Notes under the pieces: model-generated
What the model saw: only the letters and a program-made list of their open reading frames with translations
Told to the model about the DNA's origin: nothing
Databases searched by the model: none
In this document: positions 25,178 to 38,519 of the stretch, in pieces
Position numbering within the stretch: position 1 is the stretch's first letter
Layout of the letters: each line of letters begins with the position of its first letter
From: Octopus vulgaris
Taxonomy: Eukaryota
DNA: 64,000 nt
Direction: 5' to 3'
NCBI GenBank assembly: GCA_951406725.2
Contig: OX597819.1
Span: 12,214,001-12,278,000, forward strand
Made by a program: the position numbers and the translations under genes

Positions 25178-25888
25178 CCAGGTGATTGAAAAGTAACTCT
25201 CTATTTTAAAATATTTATAATTTATTTATTAACTATAATTTTTATGTAAAGAAAGTGTATAGCCTGGAATTTTATTTAAAATTTGATATAGACATCAGCA
25301 TTCACCACAAGCTTCTGAAGCGGCCTTGGAACCACATCAACTGATTTCATCAGGAAGTCTTGTGGAATGCAAGACATAACTTCTTGTATTCACCCTTCAA
25401 GTTCTTCCAAAGTCATTGGTTTGGTAGAGAAGACTTCCTCCTTTAACCAACCCCCAAAACAGTCGCAGGGTGTTAAATCAGGGCTTCTGGCCAGCCAGTC
25501 ATGTGAACCTTGATGAATTGGAAGGATGACCACTTCAAGTATCAGCTACAAATCCTGTAGTCATGAATTTTGCATGGCAATTCTTGATTATCTTTGCATC
25601 AACTTGAGCATGTCTTTCTCTAATGGTGTTCCACCATCTTTGCACTTGAACAACTGATCTCCAAACTTTGTAATGTGCAGCTAGCTGAGCACGCTCCTGC
25701 ACAGTAAAACATCCAGCCATGTTTGTAGGGCTTCTAAATTTCAAACAACATAATCAATCTGAAAAAAAACAACATGGAATCAATTTCCATACATTAAAGA
25801 ACATACACAACAAATTTGAGAAACAAATTACAGTTAATAAATAAATTATAAGCATTTTAAAATAGGGAGTTACTTTCCAATCACCCTG
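25178..25888 (-). mobile_element. Internally deleted Tc1/mariner element (DUF4817-type N-terminus)
   Basis: ~60-bp TIRs (CAGGGTGATTGGAAAGTAACTCC...), TA flanks; minus strand encodes FTVQERAQLAAHY...KFMTTG and W-ARSPDLTPCD. Confidence 0.85.
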
Positions 25889-28800
25889 TATATGTATGTA
25901 ACTGTATGTGTATACATATATCTGTGTGTATTATTCAACCATGGTAGTGGTTGAATATATTCTTAAGTTCACCATTTTGTCCAAGCTTCACCTCTAATTC
26001 AGTTTTAAAGAGGACATCTCCTCAGCTACACTTTGGCATAAATAGTTTGAGATTTGGTTCAATGGAAAAAAAGTTACATCAAAATATCTGTGACCTCAAT
26101 TAACATAAACTTTTTAATTTTAAATTAGAAGTATACCTTTCTTAAGCTTAAATGATAGAAAATTTCACGAGGAATTCTGAATCATTAATCGCATTGAACA
26201 AAATTTAGTAGATAAATAGTTATGAGGTAAAATGTTTTGAAATTTGCTATTAGTAAGTAAGGGAATAACGCTTCAGCTAAAAAAATAAATAATATATTTC
26301 TAAAATCAATGTTTAATTTCTAAGGCGGTCAGCTGGCAGAAATGTTAGCATTGCTGGGTGAAATGCTTATCTGTATTTTGTCTGTCATTATGTTTTTGAG
26401 TTCAAATTTCGCTGAGGTCAACTTTGATGTACAGATTATTTCATTAATTTTTTTTTTAAGTAAACACTTTAAACCTTCTGATACTTGTAGAATGTGTCAC
26501 ATAGAACAGGGTTTATTCTTAACATTTTTGAAAAAATTTTGTATTTTAGAAGCAGTATTTCGTCTGTCTTTACATTCTGAGTTCAAATTCTGTCAAGGTT
26601 GACTTTGCTTTTCATCCATTTCGGATCTATTCAATTAGACGTACAGATTTTTTTAATCAAACTTTTTAACTAGACACTTTCAAACTTCCAATACTGGTAG
26701 AACGTCACATAGAACAGGGTTTACACTTCATTATTTTGGACAACATTTTGTATTTTAGAAGTTATTTCATCAGAAGTTACAAAGTGACAATGGACAAATT
26801 CATGTTTGATGAGTGCCAATACACGAAACTCTCAGCTTTTGACTTACTCTCTAACTGCTGATGATGATATATATACATATTACATATGTGGAAAAAAATC
26901 TCATCACGTAATCCAACCAATGAAAGAGCCTCTACCTGGTTGCTCGATACGCTAAAAATAGCAGCCACAGTATCCCCCTACCTAAATCACACGCCCATTG
27001 TATGTAATGTCCTGGATTATCCCTAAAAAGACGGTTTGCTGAAGGCTGGAATGTCTTTGATGATATGTTTGCATATTCAGGGTTGATTTGATGTTAAATA
27101 ACAATATTATAGTCTTTTTTTTTTTTTTAAGTTTCAGCTCAGAGCTGCGGCCATGCTGATGTACCGTCATTTCAATATCAGCACCTGCACAATTCTCACT
27201 ATGAAAAAAGAAAGAATTTGAATTTTGTGTGGAATCAAGTACCCTGACCTCCTAATATGCTGCAAATACCTTATTTTGGTTTGGAAAAAATTAGGTGGGG
27301 GGTGGCTTCTCGGAATCATTGGAATTTTTTTTCGTTGAATGAATTCCTGTGACCTCCTAATATTGCAAAATTAGGTTATTTAAGGTGAGCCTGGAAACTG
27401 ATAGTTTTGGGATCTTGTTGATTGTAACTTTTGGTGAAATAATTGCTATTCTGTCGTCCAGTGACTTTGCACTTGGCTCATAACAACAGCCTGAGCATGG
27501 CTGTTTCTCTGGGGGCTTGGCCTCCAGATCTGTGAGACACAAATGCTTCTGTTAGGACCGGATTAACACTACTTGAAGGTTTATCTTGCGCCAGTCCACT
27601 CAGCTGACCAAAATGAGAACTACATTAATGGTATGCATGTCTGTGGAGTACTCAGCCATTTGCAGTAGTTACTTGTATCTAACAATTCGTCTATGTATCT
27701 ACTCTTCTTTTGATCTGTTTATCTACTTTTCTTGAGATGTATGTATCAGTCCACTCTGAAAATACTGATAAATATTTAAAAACACAAAATGAACTCCACC
27801 TTCCTTTCAGTCACCACTCACTGTCTCTCTCTCTCTCTCTTTCTTCCTCACTTCTCCGTCCCTCCTCTCTCCTACTTTTTAATTTAACTAGTATGTCTTT
27901 TTCTTTTGATGTATGCATCAGTTTATTCTGAAAATAGTAATAAACATTTAAAAACAAAAGGAGGAACTCACCGTCTCTCTTTTTCTCTCACTTCCTCTCT
28001 GTTCTCTTCTCTCCCACTTTGCCACTCACTTCAAATATACCTCCTCTGCTTAACACCTATGTCTCTTTTTCTTTGTATCTCTCCATTCAACCTTTTTACC
28101 TTTTCCTTTGAAGGAAGCATGACACACACCACAGGTTCGTATGTATAAAGGCAAAAATTTAGCATAATAATATTATTGATTTGCATGTGTGTGTCCTTTC
28201 TATTAACTCCTCCTCACTATCACTTGACAACCAGTGTTGGTTTGTTTATGTCACCATAACTTACACTCCCACTAAAGAGATCCAAGAATATAAATACTAG
28301 ATTTTAAAAAAAACCAGAACTGGCATTCAGTTGAACCAAACCTTTCAAGGCATTACCCCAGCATGGCCACATTCCACTGACTGAAACAAGAAAAACATTA
28401 ATGGATTCGGTTCCATTTCAACTAAAACAAACAATAACTGTTACTATATTAGCATGACATTTTTCTGAGATTCTTAGACACATATGAATAGTTAAGGACA
28501 GAAATATTTGTCTTGTTGGAAGGATTTAGGGTAATGTTTGAAACTTTGCTGATAATAATTATGTGAAACAGTAATACTAAATGGAAATAATCCAGTGACC
28601 ATGGGCCCATGACAGTACCTCCAACAGAGTATTACTTAAACACTGTCCCAAATAGCAGGAATGGTTTTCTGGTAATTCTTCAGCATCAAGTATATCTATA
28701 ACAATGATTTGATTCTTTACATCTGTCATGTTTTCTTCTCATCTCTCTTTCATCTAGAGACTGAGGAAGGAAACAGATTTTGTCCTGAAGAAGATTTGTG

Positions 28801-29766
28801 CTTTTTCTGTTCTCAAACAAACAAACAGTGTTGATTTTAGCATTTTGGCACAAGGCCAGCAGTTTGAGGGGAGGGGGCCAGTGGATTTACATCAATGCAA
28901 GTATTCAACTGGTACTTATTTCATTGACCGAAAAGAATGAAAGGCAAAGTTGCCCTTGTCAGAATGTGAAGATGGGTGAAATGCCACTAAGCCTTTAGCC
29001 AGGCACACTCAGGATTCATTGAAAGGAGGTAATGGAAAGAATTCTGCAATTCTGCATATTTCTTATGAAGCTACTTCTGACCTCATGAAATGAGAACATC
29101 TATTTATCTAATTCTGCCTAGTTTCAATCTGTGAACACTTGGTCAGTTTGTTTAATCACACACATATTCAAACAGGTGATAGAAGCATACTCTGAAATAT
29201 GTAGGAAAGCATTGTCAATTATTGCTGTCAAATAAGACAATAGCACTCTCACCCACCACAAAGGAGGGAAAGCATTTTTTTAGAAATGTTTACTTAGGGG
29301 AGAATGCGTTATACACTCTGTAAAGTGGTGAGCATTAGGAAGGGCATCCAGCTGTAGAAACCATGCCAACTGACAATGGAACCTGGTGGGACTTTGCTGG
29401 TTCCTGTCAAACTGTCCGACTCTTGCCAGGACCAAAAACAGATATTAGATAATAATGATAAGGACTTAGGGAATATTCTATTGATCCTGAACAGAGACAA
29501 CATGAAGAAAGGTTGTGACTTGCTGATCTATGATTGAGATATTGTTGAGAATATAGTCAATCACTTACCACACAAATAGCAACTCATTTCACAACTTTTT
29601 AGTCATTAGTATCTAATATTTATTTTATTTTTCTTTCAGGACATATTTCCATTTGAAAGAAGATTTTCTGCAGAGGATACTGCCAATCTGCTGTGTTTGG
29701 GTAGAGAGATTTATTAACCAATGTTTTCAGAATGAGAAAATAAAATTGCAAAATTTAACTGAGAGA

Positions 29767-30306
29767 ATGTATCAGAAAGGTTACAAATGTGATATTTGTG
29801 GCAAAGATCTTACTACAAAATCTAATTTAGCTATTCATAGGCGCACTCATACAGGGGAAAAGCCATACCGCTGTGAAGTATGTGAGAGGGCATTCTCTGT
29901 AAAAGGTTATTTAACAGAACACAAACGTACACATACAGGAGAGAAACCATTTCACTGTGAAATATGTGGAAAATCATTTTCTGATAAAGGTTACATAAAG
30001 ATTCACAAACGTACACACACAGGGGAAAAACCGTACCACTGTGAAATCTGTGGAAAATCATTTTTTAATAAAGGTTACTTAAAGATACACAAACGTGTTC
30101 ACACTGGAGAGAAACCATATCACTGTGAGGTTTGCGGAAAAGACTTTTCTGATAGGTGCAGCTTAAAGAAACACAATCGTATTCATACTGGGGAGAAGCC
30201 ACATCAGTGTGAAATCTGTGGCAAAGCATTTTCTGTAACTGCTAGTTTAAAAAGACACAGTCTTATTCACACAGGAGAGAAATCATATCGCTGTTTAACC
30301 CTTTAG
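29767..30306 (+). CDS. Truncated C2H2 zinc-finger paralog (6 intact fingers)
   Basis: Same acceptor/ATG context as the 17198 gene; fingers match 1, 2, 3, 3', 10, 11; stop codon supplied by the MITE. Confidence 0.65.
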   Translation: MYQKGYKCDICGKDLTTKSNLAIHRRTHTGEKPYRCEVCERAFSVKGYLTEHKRTHTGEKPFHCEICGKSFSDKGYIKIHKRTHTGEKPYHCEICGKSFFNKGYLKIHKRVHTGEKPYHCEVCGKDFSDRCSLKKHNRIHTGEKPHQCEICGKAFSVTASLKRHSLIHTGEKSYRCLTL

Positions 30307-30511
30307 TGTTCAGATTATTCTGCCAAAATTTTTATCCACATTGTTTTGAACTAATCATGCATTATCTTGTAGCTATGAGATTTTGATGAGGTAGCTGTTA
30401 ATTTTTGAAACGATATCGTAGGGTCGGTGTGAGAGACCAGATCTGGTCAGTTTGAACATAAAACTGGCAGAATACTTTTGGCTGGATATGGCCGGTTTAA
30501 ATGCTAAAGGG
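30299..30511. mobile_element. piggyBac-like MITE
   Basis: TTAA|CCCTTTAG...CTAAAGGG|TTAA. Confidence 0.9.
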
Positions 30512-31160
<649 letters not shown>

Positions 31161-32365
31161 ACTTTTGTAGGAAAGCATATTATAAAACCATTTCGTTGTG
31201 ATATTTGTATTAAAGAATTTATGTATATGAATGTTATTAAATTACTATAAATGTTTATATGTTTAGTGTATTTTTTGGAAGTTGTAAATTTTTCATTTTT
31301 AATGTTACTTGTTAGGTCACATGATATGGTTAGAGTGAGAAAACCGTTGTTACTATTACTACTACTAGTGACAATGCAACAGAATTAGGGAGACATACGA
31401 CACTCCATCCACTGCATGCAGTTACCTAGCTGCTGTTGAAGAGATAGTATCAAGGTGTACAAAGGAACCAGGACTAAATACATGGCCATTATAGAGAATG
31501 ATGCAAATTGGGATGTGCCCCCTTTACACAAGTAAATCCTGGAATAGCATGGAAAGGACGAAGATAGGTAGGTAAGGCCAACTAACTCATAGTTTGATAA
31601 GTAAAGATACCAGAGTATTATGCTCATTGGTGCTACCCCTTAGATAAGGTGAATCTGTGGATGAAAATAGTAGAAAGGCCAGGTACCTCCATGAAATCCT
31701 AGATTAGTAGAACATATCTATTTCAAAGAACTGCCTGTAGGGAGAGCAACAGTAGTGTAGAATGAACTCACAGATAAAGTGTAGTGAAGTATGGAAGAGA
31801 AACAGGACAACAACGTACATTGGTGGAAGATGGAGAAGCGCTCATCAGTGCTCTACCAACATGCTCAATTAGAATATGAAGGCTCAGTTAATAATGTAGA
31901 TAAGATATATAGACCAGACATGACACTCAGACAGATTATGGAGGCCACACACGCACAGTTGTTGATAACTGAGCCTCAGCAGAAAGTAGGAATGGTTTAA
32001 CCTCACCAAAAAAAAATCTTTGTTTATAAAAAAAATAAATTAGCTAAGTTTAAAAAATTATTTACTTTGTTCGAAAAATATTATTTAATTTGTGTAAAAA
32101 AAATCATATACATTGTTTTAAAAAATAATTTATTTACTTAGTTTAAAAAATTATTTTCTTTGATTTGTGTAAAAAGAATCATATACATTGTTTTAAAAAA
32201 TAATTTATTTTCTTTAAAAAATTATTTTATTTTGTTCGCAAATATGTATTGCGAATCGCGCATGCGCAAATCAACTCATTTGCATACGCACAAGTCGTAG
32301 GATCGACTACTTAAGACTAGCTTGCGCATGTGCATGCACTGGGACCATTATTCACTAGTAGTACC

Positions 32366-32397
<32 letters not shown>

Positions 32398-32558
32398 CGT
32401 ATATTTGCCATTTAAATATGGCTAACCCGTAAGGGTGGATGCTACTGTAGCTTGTAGCCCCAGGAGGACACACTCCTCCAGCTGGCTATAGACACACTTT
32501 CTGTGCCCTATCAGTTTTTGCAAAGGGAAGCCATCCTTCCCATCTTCTACTTATGATA

Positions 32559-32603
32559 CACACGGACTCGAGTTTCTGGGTATTGACCCTTCATCGGCGT
32601 GTG
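32559..32603 (-). ncRNA. Minimal hammerhead motif, identical copy on minus strand
   Basis: Exact reverse complement of 32817-32861. Confidence 0.65.
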
Positions 32604-32816
32604 ACAATCAACAGTTGTCGATGAAAATAGGTTCCCTTCGCAAATACATATCCTTTTTCCAGTATCGTAAAGACACTGATATCGAAAAAGTAATAATAAT
32701 ATCTAATATTTATTATTGCTTCTTTACACTTTTTCGATATCAGTGTCTTTACGATACTGGAAAAAGTATATGTATTTGTGAAGGGAACCTACTTCTCATC
32801 GACAACTGTTGATTGT

Positions 32817-32861
32817 CACACGCCGATGAAGGGTCAATACCCAGAAACTCGAGTCCGTGTG
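32817..32861 (+). ncRNA. Minimal hammerhead motif (CCGATGA core, palindromic helix III)
   Basis: CACACG-CCGATGA-A-GGGT(CAAT)ACCC-A-GAAA-CTCGAG-TC-CGTGTG. Confidence 0.65.
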
Positions 32862-33082
32862 TATCATAAGTAGAAGATGGGAAGGATGGCTTCCCTTTGC
32901 AAATACTGATAGGGCACAGAAAGTGTGTCTATAGCCAGCTGGAGGAGGTGCCCTTCTGGGGCTACAAACTACAGTAGCATCCACCCTTAGGGGTTAGCTA
33001 TATTTAAATGGCAAATGTACATCACGATGTGTTGCAGCTACTGTTTATAACTCGCTCTAAGATTTATTATATATATATATTA

Positions 33083-33527
33083 CTAGCAGTAAAACCTGTC
33101 GTTGATTGGGTAATTACTTTTACTGTCTACTGGGAGCCACATTGAACCTATATGTGTGCAGTTTTACAGGAGAAACCTGTGTAATAATTAAAGTAGAAGA
33201 AAGATCAATATCATACACGAACTTGTTTGTTTATGATACGACAATAAGTGAGTTGTATCGCCCGGCGTTGCTCGGATTTGTAAGGGAAATAACTATATAA
33301 GCATATTTAGAGAGTTACTTCCCTTATATAATAGGGAAAAAACGATGGTAAATTTTTTTTTTAAATTGTAGACTCATCGTAGACACGCGCTAATACCCAG
33401 AAGGGCTCGATATGAATCACGACTATAAGATACCCGGTTTTGGTTAAACTGCACCGCAAAATGTGGGAGTAGTGAGGAATCTAAATCGTAGGAGACAGAC
33501 ACACAACTTCACTTTTATATATAAAGA
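33083..33527 (-). mobile_element. Non-autonomous Helitron (composite, two 3' hairpin regions)
   Basis: ACTAGCAGTA terminus as at 6085, CCCGGCGTTGCTCGG at ~33261, ACAACTTCA...ATAAAGAT at the other end. Confidence 0.6.
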
Positions 33528-33736
33528 TTTAATTAATGTTCGGTTTCAGATGCATGTCTAACATTTTTTCTCTGTCAGTAAACTGTAAGCCGTGTGCAGG
33601 ACTCGTTTTCTAATGCACGTCATGCGTTTGTTTGGTGTTCGTTTTGAGACGGTTTTTTTATGAGACATTTTTTGATAATAAATATCAGTAATAGTGAAAT
33701 GAAATTCAGACTGCGTTATAGTAACGCAAGGAAAAT

Positions 33737-34120
33737 ACAGGAGTGGCTGTGTGGTAAGTAGCTTGCTAACCAACCACATGGTTCCGGGTTCAGTCCCACT
33801 GCGTGGCATCTTGGGCAAGTGTCTTCTGCTATAGCCCCGGACCGACCAATGCCTTGTGAGTGGATTTGGTAGACGGAAACTGAAAGAAGCCTGTCATATA
33901 TATATATGTGTATATGTTTGTGTGTCTGTGTTTATACCCCTAGCATTGCTTGACAATCGATGCTGGTGTGTTTACGTCCCCGTCACTTAGCGGTTCGGCA
34001 AAAGAGACCGATAGAATAAGTACTGGGCTTACAAAGAATAAGTCCCAGGATCGATTTGCTCGACTAAAGGCGGTGCTCCAGCATGGCCGCAGTCAAATGA
34101 CTGAAACATGTAAAAGAGAA
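33737..34120 (+). mobile_element. tRNA-derived SINE family 1
   Basis: Full-length head, (TA/TG) spacer and tail. Confidence 0.85.
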
Positions 34121-34938
34121 AGAGTATATCATATAGACTCGCTTAAGGGAATGAGAAATGTTTTTCACAAGGAATATCAGTATTTTGTAGTGAAACGAAT
34201 TTAGAAATGATGTGCAAATATCAGTAAGTAATAGTGAAATGAATTTACAAATGCTGAATGGTGTTTTTGCTGAAATTCTGAGGCTGTATTACAGGAATGC
34301 AGGGCAAGGTGTTGTGTGGTAGTCTTTTTGTTTGCATGTTGATTTTCGTTCCACTGTGAATTTGTGCGTATGGCTTCACTGTCAGATTGTTTCTGCTTAT
34401 GTGAAAGAAATTTGTATAATTATATCTGAATGAAGAAGTTAGAAAAATAGGTATACCCGAAACATGAATGTGTGTGTGTGTGTGTTCTTTTAGGGAGAGA
34501 GAGACAAATAAAAAAAATAGCGGTGCCATTTCTTTAGAATTCCGCTCTGCTGGTAAAAGTGGACAAAGCACCTACTCTTATAATTTTCTTTTCACCTTTT
34601 ACTGGTTTCGGTCATTAGATTGTGGCCATGCTGGGGCACCACCTTGAAGAATTTTTAGTTGACTGCAGAATCTAAAAAAAAAATTTTTCTTGTGGCAGTC
34701 ATTAGAGAGAGGGAGAAAGAGAGATTGAAAGGTGTCAATTCTTTGAAAATTTTAGCACTTTAGCTCTAGTCACACCATCATCATCAGGACCATAGTTAAG
34801 GTGTGAAAGTGGAAAAAACACCCACGCTTTATGTTTCATGGGACAGACAGAATCTCTCTTTTATAGATATATTGTTTGTAGAAATACATAAATCCAGAAG
34901 AGAAGCACACTCTAAGATGTGGAGCAGTTAATATTATT

Positions 34939-35406
34939 ATGGTGGGGTAGACCAGTTTATGGGGTTACCCTGGGTTTCTTGCTCATAAGGGGTTTCACCT
35001 TATGGCATCAAACACTGCTGGCCTCAGACCTCTTCAAAATATGGAAGCAAAAAAACGCCATGTGATTATCTCCCTTTGCCATTGGTCATCAATCTTTGGC
35101 TGCACCACCATCTTGCAATCAACAAAGCACCACGAAAGTAATTGATTGTCTCCCTTTGGCCTTGGTTAGCTGTAGTGCTGCCTTGCAGATCCCAAAAGCC
35201 TAGCAGGAATTTTCTAAAATGGCATGGCTGAAGAGTGATAGCCAATGGTAAAAGGAGATAGTCACTTAGGGTTTTGCCTTTGAAACAAGGCTTTTCCCGC
35301 CTCCATATTTTGAAGGGGTCTTGCACCAGCAGTGTTTGGGATCTGAAGATACGTCGTAAGGCTACACCCCTTATGAGTAACCCCATGAACCGGCCTACTC
35401 CACTAT
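34939..35406. mobile_element. MITE with ~120-bp imperfect TIRs and TA flanks
   Basis: GTGGGGTAGACCAGTTTATGGGGTTAC...CTTCAAAATATGGA is mirrored at 35290-35406. Confidence 0.65.
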
Positions 35407-38400
35407 ATATAACAAGAAAACAGAAATTGACATGCAGACATCAATTTATTAGAACATATTCAATTCCGAACAATATCAAACTCCTTAGCACCTACAACTG
35501 TTTCCATGCCCAATTCAATTAAATCAGTTTCATATTAAATATAGTTAATTGGATATTTCGTCAAGGGAAGAACTTGATAGAAAGGAGCTACATTCCAATA
35601 TTTTGGTTGCTCCTCAATAGACTTAATTTTTGAGAACGGTCGGGTTCACTTTTAGAATTCTCATTTGTGAGAGCAGTCGAGTTTATTTTAGATATTCTCA
35701 TTTTAAAAATCATCTCTGGCTAAACATTGAGAGTACATTGGTGTTGCCTTGGCAGAGGTTTGCGCTCTCATTTTGCATTTTAATATCTAAGAATTATTGA
35801 ATCTGTTTAGTTATAATCGTTAGTATATTAAGCCTGAGATATCCACCTAATTTATAGTCCTAGTAAACTATATTGTATTTAATTTTTGAAAACATTTACA
35901 GGCGCAAACACAAGATAACCCACTCTCTTTTTTGGTGTTAAGGAGTCTACGTCCAGAATTTAACATTTGTAAACACAGAGTAAACAGGCATTTCCAATTT
36001 TATAGGCACCAATCCTGCCTATTATTTCCCACTCCACAGTAATCATTTTATTCTTGTCCTTCAAGTCCCAAATAAATTTGCTAGGGGTGCTAAAAGACGA
36101 CTTTTAAAAAAATTTTTTTTTATTAAAAGGTGCAATTGTGGTTGGTGATGCATTTTTTCATATAGTTTTCCTTTGAACTGATGTAAAAGATTTCACTCTA
36201 CATTTAGGTTTTTTTTTTTTTTGTTAATCATTAAACAAACAGTTATTTCTAACTTTGCAATCACAATACATATTTTTATTTCTAATCATATTTCTATTCT
36301 GATTTATATCATTACATTCAGCATCATTTCTATTCCTCAGGTTAAGATGGGATTCAACATGGGTTGTTTCCTGTTGTACACTAAAAGATTTATTTATGTA
36401 TTCTTTACTAACATTATTTCTTAGAGTATTATCATCGTTATAAAAATTTGATAATTTCCTCTCGTTAAGGGAAGAAATAATTTGGGACATATTTTTAGAA
36501 AAAAGCCACATGGAAAAAACTGGTATTAATTATATCACAGTATCTATTTTCTGTAGTAAAATGTTTATATAAAGATCCAAACAAATTATTCATAATTTGC
36601 ATAGTGAATGGAATAACGAACCAAATAATATTGCTCTTATCAAAAGTTATGTTGCAATTTTCAAACCTGATTATATACATATGGGGTGTGTTTTATTCTA
36701 TTATTGCTACTACTAATTTTACGAGCATTATCCAATGTACAAAGCAATTTACATATTAATCTGATATTTATTTTTATCATTTATATTCTTATTCATATTT
36801 CTTCTAGGTCCTTTATAATTGTTATTAGAGCAACTGTTGCCCACATTTTGTGCATAATACTTTAACCTCTGGTTATATCCTGCTTTGCCAAGTGCCATGT
36901 TATAGTAGTCTGCATTTTTGCTAAAGATATCCTTATGACATGATATATTAGATATTCTTCTAAAAATATTATAAACTAAAAAATTATTGAAGAATTAGGA
37001 TAATTACTTCCAATATTTATATACTTAAGATTAGAGTTAAGCTTGTGGAATAAAGGGCAGATTTTCAATCCTGATTCTGAAAAGGTATATATCAATGTAG
37101 AGCAAATATAGACTTGAAATACAGGGGTTCTGGATGGACAAAATTTTGCTTTTATCTTACACACATGCATGGCTGTTTTTTTTTTTTTTTTTTTTTTTTT
37201 AGTTTCCATCAACCAGATTCACTCACAAGGCTTTGGTCAGCTTGGGGCAATTATAGAAAGCACTTACCCAAGGGGACATTCAGTGGGATTAAAAGCACTT
37301 AAACCACTCAAATGATTCCTGGGAACCAAAATTGGAATAATTTGCTTAGAAGGAGACTGACTGTGCGGTTAGCTTCCCAACCACAAACTTACAAGTTTAG
37401 TCCCACCGCTGGCACTTTGGGCAAGTGTTTTCTACAATAGCCCTAGTCTGACCAAAGACTGGTGGGTGAACTTAGTAGAAACTGAAAGAAGCTTGTCACG
37501 TGTGTGTGTGTAATCGACAATGCATGATAATTATGTAGTTATGAGTGTGCGTCATGTAAGTAGTGACAATCATTTCCAATATTCTGCACAAAAAAAGTCT
37601 GGTCATGAGAAAATTTTATTTTGCTCGGAAATATGAAGGGCCTGTAGCTGTTGAAAATCTGCCTTAAACTTATACAAACTATACAATCATGGAAAAGTTG
37701 ATATTAAAACAATGATGATGATGATATCCTCACTTTGTTTACAACATTGATCACTCAACAAATGTATTTTCATTTCAATCTTTTATTCAATAATATTTTT
37801 TTGTGTGAGTTTCTTTTTTTTTTTTTTGTTTTGATTTAGTTTCCAAAAACAATTTTAAATGTACGAAGTGGCAGGTGATGGATTTTGGAGGGGGGAAAAA
37901 AAAAGGTCAGCAATAAACCAACCAAGATGTTTTTGGAATTATTTTAAATTTTTCATTTTTTTTTAGTTTTTTTTAAATATTTTTATTTTAAATTATTAAA
38001 TGTTTCTACTAAAAAGTTTGAGGGTATTTTTTAAACAAACCCCTTTCACCTGACCCAAGATAAACTTTATTTTTCATTCCTACCTTTTAAAAAAAAAAAT
38101 CTATAATTTTCATTTACTTTGTATCTTGTTTCAGTTAATTCACCCCCCCCTCTCCCCCCACTCCCAACACAATTTCAAAGCACTAACATTAGCTCTGAAC
38201 AGGAATTCCCTTTTTTTAAATTATTTTTTTATGTATTTTTTTTCATTGAGGGGCAAAAAAAATGAGGGTAGACAAAAAAAAAAAAAAAAAAAAAAATTGC
38301 CCCTTGTCTACTGATCGCAATATATATATATATATATATATATATCATGATCTTTAAAAAAAATCTTAAACAGGAAAAATGCTTTCCCCTTTTCTTTCAT

Positions 38401-38409
38401 CTCCAATTT

Positions 38410-38519
38410 TTATTCCAGAGTTATTGTCCAGTTATCCATTATATTGACTCCAGGTTTACGAATTACTAATACTTTGGTTTCAGTATAATATTTTGTTTCG
38501 AGAATTTTTGATGGTGATC
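38410..38519 (-). CDS. GANAB: GANAB last coding exon
   Basis: [35 protein letters not shown]. Confidence 0.85.

Larger units (their letters stand above)
32399..33020. mobile_element. Fold-back element family B with inverted hammerhead motifs
   Basis: ~293-bp arms 32399-32691 and 32728-33020, 36-nt AT-rich spacer, next to (TA)n. Confidence 0.8.

Noticed and set aside
28757-28790. Possible hammerhead (CTGAGGA-AGGA...TCCT-GAAG)
   Set aside because: GAAG instead of GAAA and no helix III or helix I closure visible
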